Assembly (NCBI GenBank): GCA_051294375.1
Contig: JBJCIZ010000631.1
Coordinates: 83,164 to 147,163, forward strand
DNA length: 64,000 nt
Reading direction: 5' to 3'
Origin: Paraspadella gotoi
Lineage: Eukaryota > Animalia > Chaetognatha
Part shown: positions 1 to 7,759 of the stretch, piece after piece
How positions within the stretch are numbered: position 1 is the first letter of the stretch
Layout: every line of letters starts with the position of its first letter
Position numbers and translations under genes: made by a program
The notes under the pieces: model-generated
What the model was told of the DNA's origin: nothing
Databases searched by the model: none
The model's input: the letters and a program-made list of their open reading frames with translations, nothing else

Positions 1-1479
1 TATTTTTCATCATGCCTTTTTCCCCAGATCTTCGCGACTTTACGCTCGGGAGAAATTTGAGATTTTCCCCCCGTTTCCCCCAAGCATTACAAATTAACTA
101 CGACGTAGTACTCCCTTTGTATTTTTTGCTAAATTTTTTTTTGTTTTTTGAAAAATTGTTTTTCTTTTGTACGAACAGGTTCGTCCCTCTCCGTTCGTGC
201 GGGGGGAACGGCCAATTTTTCGATATGAAATATTTAGTATTTTTTAAAAAATCTTTAGCTTTTAAAAATACTTTGTTCGTTTTTTAGAAAATTTAATATT
301 TTTCGTTTTTAGTATTTAGTCCTTAACCCACGAATTTACAAAGTTTATTTTTAGATTTTTATTTTTAGTATGAACTTGACGTCGTCACACTTGTACGTTT
401 GTCGGGTTCGTCTTAAGGGTTTTTGAATGAGTTGAGAAAAAGGTAAATTGAGTCAAGGTCAAGGTTTTTGGTTGAGTGAGAGGAGGAACAAAACCAACGC
501 TCGCCAAAGCGTGTCTTTCCCGACCAGGACAAGACGGAAAGACGAAACCCTCTTCGGAGCGGTGTTGCAAACCACCCCACTGCTTAAAAACACCCCATTC
601 GTCCCATTTTTGTATTTATTTAGTTTGTCTTATTTTTGGTAGCTCAGAGGAGAGGCGACAAAGTAGAGTAGGATAAGGAAAATATAGATTATCTCTCTTT
701 GGATAATTTATATTTTTCATAGTTTACCCCTAATATTTTTTTCGCTTTTTTGTAAATATTTTTTGCCTCAATTTTCGAAATCTCTTGACGGACGGAGTTT
801 CGTGAGTCGACGCGCAAAAATTACAACTTTAGGCTTTCGGAGCGACGGCCAACTCTGTCCATGGCTGTCTCCCTGCGCGCCGCTTCAGGCGGGCGGCTTT
901 TCCTTGCGTATAACTGGTTCCGTTCAGAATTGGTTGGAAAAAGTCGTCGGGAACTCCGAAGTTTTTCGAAATTCGGTAACGAAAGGTTGTTTTTGTTAAC
1001 CAACCGTTTTTTCTCCGCGGTAAAGCGACCTTACCGAAACCCCCTTTATATTACTTACCCGTCCTTACGTTTGCGTCCCGGCTTTCTTTGGCATGTCAGC
1101 TAGTTCGTAATCGTTCTGACTTTGTACGTCTCATTTTTTGTGTCTTTTCTCCCTTTAAAATAAGATAGCAGGGAGCTGGAACAGGGAGCCAGCGATAAAA
1201 AGGTTTATCATGTTATTGCTTGTTTTGCTTTTTGGCAGGGTTTGAGGGTCTCGCCCCATCCGTAGTCTTATAGTTTTACCTTGCCGAAATATTGCTCTTG
1301 TTGCTTCGGCATTCGGATGCTTAAAGCAAAAATAAACCAATAAAATAACTTCCTTTAACGCTATTTAGATACTGATTATGTTCCTTAGTGTATTTGATTT
1401 TTAGGTGTACGTATTTTTCGGGTTTAGTATTTGATAGAATTGATTTCGTTTTTAGGTTTAGTCAAATATTTTTTCTTTT

Positions 1480-2300
1480 GCCAACCTACTACGACATAAG
1501 GTAGATAAGACTTGTCAATTCATTTTATTTCATGAAATTGTTACAACCTTTACGTTTAGTACAGATTGATCCAAGATTTAGTACAATTAGATTTCGTCTC
1601 TATTTACTATTTTTTTCCCGTAGGCTCAGTCTAAGGTTTTTCGTGTTGTAGTATGGTTGTGCGTCTCTAACATGGTAAGGAGACGAATGTTCACAGATCT
1701 TCATAAAGTTAGGTCTTTCGCATCGGAGGGCTTCATCAAGGATCGTTGAAGGATGTTGTATGCGTGCCTGATGTGCCTGAAGTATGTGTCGATCCTTTAT
1801 GCGGTTACCTGCGGTAAGAGAAATTTGAATTTTTGAAGATTTTTTCTGTGACTTTCGGTTTCGGTTCTTCGTGATTGGGAAATTCACCTTTTGGCTTCGC
1901 CAGGATCGTTTGAAGGTTGACGGGTTGAAATCGTTCCTAGTCAGTTCGATTTTAACTTGAAAATACGATTTCGTTCCTGCGGGGGACCGAAAGATGTGTT
2001 TCAGAAAGCGTGTATATCGCTTCGCCATGATCGAATACCACTAGTTTACCTTTACGGTTCCTTTTGGAATTCGGATCGGTCCCGGCGGTGCCGTATTGTC
2101 CTTACAATTCGGGCTGCCACTAATATTCACGTTTCTGACGTCGGTTGACTGCCGTCGAAAGATTCGGGTGGAAAATATGTCGAGTTCGGAGATCGGCCAC
2201 CGGGGTCAGTTGCAACCGGTCTTCGTGATTCGACCTAAGTAAATTAGTATATCAAGTTCAAATTCGGCCACCGGGGTCAGTTATAACCGGCTTTGTACTT
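1480..2300. mobile_element. Degenerate Ty3/gypsy LTR-retrotransposon pol fragment (RT to RNase H), readable only on the non-reversed complement
   Basis: The complement read left to right gives, in gypsy order and with frameshifts: LDD..IYSE (1483-1515), YTDFI (~1771), LLKK..KWKTEA..NFQ (~1835-1918), PTLA (~1923), GRPLAFYTKSFAHIAKRY (1976-2029, in frame), D-x-x-P-LTAAF (~2135-2162) and NV-AEALS (~2210-2233). These match family motifs YLDD, NYYRRFI, PIAFYSKKL..E.RY, TDHKPL and NVVADALSR. Confidence 0.7.
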
Positions 2301-2830
2301 CGATATAAGGCCTATATGTTTAGTATTGCTTCAGAGTATTTATAGTATTAATGCCCGAAGATAGCCGAAAATCATTGAGAATTTTAATAGTCAGTTAGCC
2401 AGTTAGAGTAGTTAGTCCCAATGTTTCATTCCCCCCTGCCTTGTGTCAAATTTTTTCTAGGTTCTTTATTGTGTCTTTTTCAGTTAGCGGGCAAACGTTT
2501 TAAAATGTCAGAATGAAGTCCAGTTTTTTAGTGTTTTTCGTTTTACACGGTCGTCTTGCGGCTTAACCGAAGCGCGCCGTTTCAAGTTTTCATTTTTACT
2601 TTTTATTTTGCGAGTCAGGTTTCGTACGTTTCGGCTATCGTCACACGGCGCCTTGCAACTTCGCGGGGTAGATGAGCTGTATCTTCGGCCGTCTTCGTGA
2701 TCCGTTCGTACTAGTCGAACTTCAAAATTCTGTTCAGGGTCAAAGAGTAAATTAGATTTTACGACTTAATCGTAGCTTTATTCCATCTCGCACGATTTAA
2801 TCTATTTGAATATTTGTACCCCCTTCGACT

Positions 2831-2855
2831 TCGTCTCGTCTCGTCTCGTCTCGTC
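2831..2855. repeat. (TCGTC)5 microsatellite; (AGCAG)5 in the complement
   Basis: Five perfect copies seen directly. Confidence 0.9.
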
Positions 2856-3480
2856 ATTGATACTTGAATTAAAACGCGTGTGGAGGAGGGTTAGCGCCGG
2901 TCAGTTGTCGTCTGTCGTCGCTGCCCATCTGTCCGTTCGACCGTTTTATAAGAAGAATGATTCTGCTTGGAGGAATTTGCAACGTTTTTTAGGCTTAACA
3001 AGTCCTGGGCGCATTTTTTGCATACTCAGCATTTTAAAATTTCTTCCTCTCTTCTTTCCATCCCCCTGCGACCGGATATTTTAGATTGTTATTTCTAGAC
3101 ATGCTCAGGTATTTGGAATGCTTTTGGCATGCCCAAATAGCGGGGGGTGTTACGAAATAACTATCTATATATCACGAAGAAATCCAGCTTCTCCACCTTT
3201 TCCCGATGCTCTTTTGTCTTTTTTACTGACGCAAGAATTGCCAGCTTTCCAGCGATTACAGAGACATCTTTTGGTTTAGACTTTTGTTATATATATATAC
3301 TAAAGTACAGATTCCGTGGCGGATTCTAATTGGTTCATCGGATTTCGATAGATTTTAATTACGATTTATCGATATGAACCAATAGATCTGTCATTCTTGC
3401 ACTTTTCAGTTCTCTGAAAATCTCGGAATCTTTAGTTTTTAGAAACTATTTGAAACTTGATACAGCAACGATTTTATTTT

Positions 3481-3533
3481 ATTGTACAGACAAGTTCGGC
3501 TTTCATTCAAGCCTTCATCAGTGCTTTGACAAT
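3481..3533 (-). ncRNA. Minimal type I hammerhead ribozyme of Penelope pseudo-LTR type, degenerate copy
   Basis: Minus strand reads ATTGT-CAAAGCA-CTGATGA-A-GGCTT-GAATGA-AAGCC-GAAC-TTGTC-TGT-ACAAT-AAAATAAAATCGTTG. It has the core CUGAUGA, a 5-bp stem II, GAA(A)C lacking one A, the GUC triplet and stem I pairing. Same family as 32457-32514. Confidence 0.7.
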
Positions 3534-4381
3534 TCACAATTTTCATGTTTTCCAAATTAACTTGGAAGAGAGAGAGAGAGAGAGAAAGAGAAATAGAGAG
3601 AGAAGAAATGGCCAACAAAGATATGAGACAGGACAGTGGTGAAATGTGAGGACAGGTTTAAAGTTAGTAGAGAGAGAGAGAGAGGGGAGTCTGTAAATTC
3701 CCGTTGCAAAACAGGCGAAAACAGACCACCGCCCGCCTCGCCAACAGGCGAGACGAGGGCCGTCGGCAGGTTTATCAGGCCTGAGAGATATTTGAGTTGC
3801 ACTTGGCCTCTTTCCGCCTGGGTCTCTACCGGACCCGTCCATGTCCGCACTCCACCACAATAGCCTCTCAGCCTATGACAAACCAATGACCCGACCACAT
3901 CGTCAACATCCCCCCATTGTTGACCCGGGGGGGGGGGGCCAGCTCATTTTGAGCTTTTTCTTTTTTCTTATTTTCTCTTACTCTTTCCACTTACCTATCC
4001 CTCAACATCTTTATTTCAATTTCATCTAAACTTCACTCCTTCAATTATTAGATTTATCTTGAATTAATTTAAATATTTAGTTTGTTTAAAGTCTGTCTAC
4101 TTATTTATTAATTTACCATTGTTTACATTTTCTAATGTAACTTTTCTTACCAAATGTTAACCTAAGTTGTTAGTTCATTCAAATAGCGATGTCGCCGGCG
4201 ATTCCGCACGAGTTGCAGGTTGGGTTCTAGTTGGTTGGCGACTTCGCCATGGCGATATCGCCAGGGCTTTGGGCATGTCGCCAAGTCCCCCCACTGGCGA
4301 CCTCGCCAGTGATAAAAGTAGCGAATATAATGAAAAAGCGCAGCTAAACACGGGATGAGCATCACCTCAGGCTCCTCTCCC

Positions 4382-5289
4382 ACCCTAACCCTAAACAAAC
4401 CTCCCGTTCAACTCTGTGCCTCTCCCTAACCCTAACCCGGGCCTTGGGCCTCCGTACATCTCCATGCCTCAACCCTAACCCTAACCGCCTTGATGCATCA
4501 ACCACGGCCCCTCCCCCAACCCTAACCCTAAACAAGCCTTCCGTTCAACTCTGTGCCTCTCTCCCTAACCCTAACCGCAGGCTCAGCCCCCGTACATCTC
4601 CGTGCCTCAACCCTAACCCTAACCGCCTTCGATGCATCAACCATGGCCCCTCCCCACCCTAACCCTAAACTAAGCCCCCGTTCAATCCCTGCCTCTCCCC
4701 TAACCCTAACTCAGGCCCAGCCTCCCGTACATCTCCGTGCCTCAACCCTAGCCTAACCGCCCTTGATGCATCAACCATGGGTCTCCCGCAACCCTAACCC
4801 TAAACCAAGCCTCCCGGTCAACTCCATGCCTCTCCCTAACCCTAAACCAGGCCGGCCTCCCGTACATCTCCGTACCTCAACCCTAACCCTAATTGCCTCG
4901 ATATATAACCCACGGGCCTCTCTCCCAACCCTAACCCTAACCGGTGCCCAGGCCTCCGTACATCTCCATACCTCAACCTCTAACCCTAATTGCCTTCGAT
5001 ATATAACCACGGGCCTCTCTCCCAACCTAACCCTAACCGGGCCCAGGCCTCCCGTACATCTCCGTGCCTCAACCCTAACCTAACGCGGGCCTCTTGGTCA
5101 TTCAACAACACCCTCCCTACCCCTATCCCTAAAATTGACATTAATAATAAGCCTAAAATAAACTTAACTTAACTCAACCCTAACCCTAAACTACTCACAC
5201 CCTAACCCTAAACTACTCAACCTAACCCTATACTACTACCTACTCAACCCTAACCCTAAACCCAACTCACCCCTAACCCTAACCCTAAT
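4382..5289 (+). repeat. Composite array of (CCCTAA)2 telomere-type doublets alternating with ~30-nt GC-rich spacers (period ~45 bp, higher-order ~137 bp), followed by degenerate CCCTAA repeats
   Basis: AACCCTAACCCTAA recurs between three spacer types: A CCTCCCGTTCAACTCTGTGCCTCT, B GCCTCCCGTACATCTCCGTGCCTC and C GCCTTGATGCATCAACCAYGG. The order is ABC ABC ABC ABC' BC' B. Confidence 0.9.
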
Positions 5290-5453
5290 CTGAGTTTATT
5301 TTAGGCGAAATCGCCATAACTAGAACGCTAGATGTAGTTCAGTGCGAAATCGCCAAATCGCGACTTAGCCATGACGCCCTCGCCATTTGGCGTTTAGCTG
5401 TGAACTACATCTAGCGTTCTAGTTATGGCGATTTCGCCTAAACTAAACTCAGA

Positions 5454-6350
5454 TTAGGGTTAGGGTTAGGGTTGAGTTGGTTTTAGGGTTAGGTTGAGTA
5501 GGTAGTAGTTAAAGTTAGGGTTGAGTAGTTTGAGGGTTAGGGTTGAGTAGTTTAGGGTTAGGGTTAGGGTTGAGTTAAGTTAAGTTTATTTTAGGCTTAT
5601 TATTAATGTCAATTTAGGGATAGGGTAGGGAGGGTGTTGTTGATGACCAAGAGGCCCGTTACGGTTAGGGTTGAGGCACGGAGATGTACGGGAGGCTGGG
5701 CCCGGTTTAGGGTTAGGGTTGGAGAGAGGCCCGTGGGTTAATATTCGAAGGCAATTAGGGTTAGGTTGAGGTATGGAGATGTACGGGAGGCCTGGGCCGG
5801 TTTAGGGTTAGGGTTGGGAGAGAGGCCCGTGGGGTTATATATCGAAGGCATTATCTTAGGGTTGAGGTACGGAGATGTACGGAGGCCGGCTGATTAGTTA
5901 GGGGAGAGGCATGGAGTTTTTGAACGGGAGGCTTGGTTTAGGGTTAGGGTTGCGGGAGGGACCATGTTGATGCATCAAAGGCGGTTAGGGGTTAGGGTTG
6001 AGGCACGGAGATGTACGGGAGCTGGGCCTAGTTAGGGTTTGGGAGAGGCATGGAGTTGAACGGGAGGCTTAGTTAGGGTTAGGTTGGGGGAGGGCCCATG
6101 GTTGATGCATCGAAGGCGGTTAGGGTTGAGGCACGGAGATACGAGGCTGAGCCTGGGTTAGGGTTAGGGAGAGGCACAGAGGTGAACGGAAGGCCTTTGG
6201 TTTAGGTAGGTTGGGGAGGGCCGTGGTTGATGCATCAAAGGCGGTTAGGGTTAGGGTTGAGGCATGGAGATGTACGGGAGCCCAGGCCCGGGTTAAGGGT
6301 TAGGGAGAGGCACAGAGTTGAACGGGAGGTTTGGTTTAGGTAGGGTTGGG
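5454..6350 (-). repeat. Inverted copy of the telomere-doublet/spacer array (TTAGGG on plus strand)
   Basis: TTAGGGTTAGGGTT alternates with reverse-complement spacers such as GAGGCACGGAGATGTACGGGAGGC. Confidence 0.9.
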
Positions 6351-6562
6351 AGAGGAGCCTGAAGGTGATGCTCATCCCCGTGTTAGCTGCGCTTTTCATT
6401 TATTTCGCTACTTTATAACTGGCGAGGTCGCAGTGGGGACTGGCGACATCGCCAAAAGCCCTGGCGATATCGCCGTGGCGAAGTCGCCAACCAACTAGAA
6501 CCACATCTGCAACTCGTGCGTGAATCGCCGGCGACATCGCTATTTGAATGAACTACAACTTA

Positions 6563-6707
6563 GGCTCCGTCAAAAATTTTTTTCGGCTCCGGCTACCACG
6601 GCTCCGCACGGCACGCTCGGCAAAAAATTTCTTGGCTCCGGCTCCGGCAAAAAAAGCTCGGCTCCGGCGGCTTCAGCTCCGGCTCCGGCTCCGGCTCCAC
6701 ATCCCTG
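6563..6707. mobile_element. One terminus of a hAT-like non-autonomous DNA transposon with (GGCTCC)n subterminal repeats
   Basis: GGCTCC/CGGCTC repeats end in ...GGCTCCACATCCCTG, i.e. terminus CAGGGATGTGGAGCCGGAGCC on the minus strand. CAGGG ends are typical of hAT elements. The partner end was not found in the window. Confidence 0.55.
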
Positions 6708-6733
6708 CGTAGTACTAAGCTTTAGAACCGGCG

Positions 6734-6943
6734 CACAGTGAGATCCTGGGCCTGAATTTTTCAGAAAAATCCCGTTCAATTAAAAATAATTTTTTATTAT
6801 ATATTAATAATAAAAATAATTTTTAAAAAACTTATTTGAATATTAAAATAATTAAAAAATAATTTTGTATAATTTTAAATAAATAAAACAAAATTATTTT
6901 ATAATAAAATATATATTATTATTAGATTATATATTAATAATAA

Positions 6944-6984
<41 letters not shown>

Positions 6985-7453
6985 TTAAAAAAATTAAATT
7001 AAAAAATAAAATATTTATATTTTATTTATTATTATTATTTTATTATTATTATTACTTTTATTAATAATAATAATAATAAAAATAATAATTATAATTAAAA
7101 AATAAAATTAAAAAATAAAATATTTATATTTTATTTATTATTATTATTCTATTATTATTATTAATATTATTATTATTATTAAAATAAAAAAAATAAAATT
7201 TTTTTGATTTATTATATTTAATATGATTATTATATTTTATTAAAATTAAAATTTTTTTTTAATTTTATATTTTTTAATTATACCATGATAGAAAAAAAAT
7301 TTAATATATAGTACTACCTTTCTCAGATTGAATGAAATGTTCATTTTTAATATTATAATTATATTTATATAAATATTTTTATATATTATAAAATAATATA
7401 AAAAATTTAAAAATTTATTTTTCTAGCATTCGGGACTCACAAGCAACACTGTG
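6734..7453. mobile_element. 720-bp Transib-type non-autonomous element (MITE) with RSS-like bipartite termini
   Basis: CACAGTG at 6734-6740 and CACTGTG at 7447-7453. Each is followed inward by exactly 22 nt and then AGAAAAAT. Flanks are CGGCG (6729-6733) and CGACG (7454-7458), a 5-bp TSD with one mismatch. The interior is almost pure A/T with (AAT)n. Confidence 0.65.
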
Positions 7454-7659
7454 CGACGATTTTTGTTTTTAATAAGTTTTTATTGGACGTTTTTTTAATT
7501 TTGCATTATATTGAGAAAACACTTTTGAATTAAGCCCGCGCTCTACCTGATTTGAATAGTAAAATCAATACAGTTTCTGTCAATTGTGTTCAAAATTGAA
7601 AAAAATGAAGGCTTGCCTGTGCAGTTTTCACCTAAACAACCAGTTCATTTGATTGCTTT

Positions 7660-7759
7660 NNNNNNNNNNNNNNNNNNNNNNNNNNNNNNNNNNNNNNNNN
7701 NNNNNNNNNNNNNNNNNNNNNNNNNNNNNNNNNNNNNNNNNNNNNNNNNNNNNNNNNNN
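7660..7759. other. Assembly gap (100 N)
   Basis: N run. Confidence 1.

Larger units (their letters stand above)
1..2950. other. Mirror-state tract (complemented without reversal, or reversed without complementing); probable assembly artefact
   Basis: Rich in ACG/CGT/TCG words that become ordinary TGC/GCA/AGC words when the bases are complemented in place. Retroelement motifs read only on the plain complement (next feature). Right boundary is approximate. Confidence 0.75.
4161..6564. repeat. 2.4-kb spacer-less palindrome (foldback-like element or foldback artefact), arms about 1.2 kb
   Basis: CCTAAGTTGT(T)AGTTCATTCAAATAGCGATGTCGCC at 4161 is the reverse complement of GGCGACATCGCTATTTGAATGAACTACAACTTAGG ending at 6564. 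The arms are colinear throughout and meet at CATG (5370-5373). Differences are mostly single-base indels. Confidence 0.95.

Noticed and set aside
1600-2028. 142-aa basic ORF on the minus strand
   Set aside because: It lies in the mirror-state tract, where the real coding signal is on the in-place complement. It has no recognisable motif.
3557-3898. Minus-strand ORF as a Penelope C-terminus upstream of the hammerhead
   Set aside because: Only a vague LSSHFTTVL resemblance. It is interrupted by (TC)n and lacks the E..I...LNRD motif.
4382-5090. CRISPR-like repeat-spacer appearance
   Set aside because: Spacers recur cyclically, the repeat is a 14-nt telomere doublet, there are no cas genes, and the context is eukaryotic.
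4444-5172. PNPNP/TLTLT-rich ORFs
   Set aside because: They are translations of CCCTAA repeats.
4161-6564. Telomere-telomere fusion site or true chromosome end
   Set aside because: A fusion gives TTAGGG then CCCTAA on one strand. Here the order is reversed, repeats occur mostly as doublets, and the axis is non-telomeric.
6570-6779. GAGAGA/APAPAP low-complexity ORFs
   Set aside because: They are translations of GGCTCC subterminal repeats of a DNA-transposon end.
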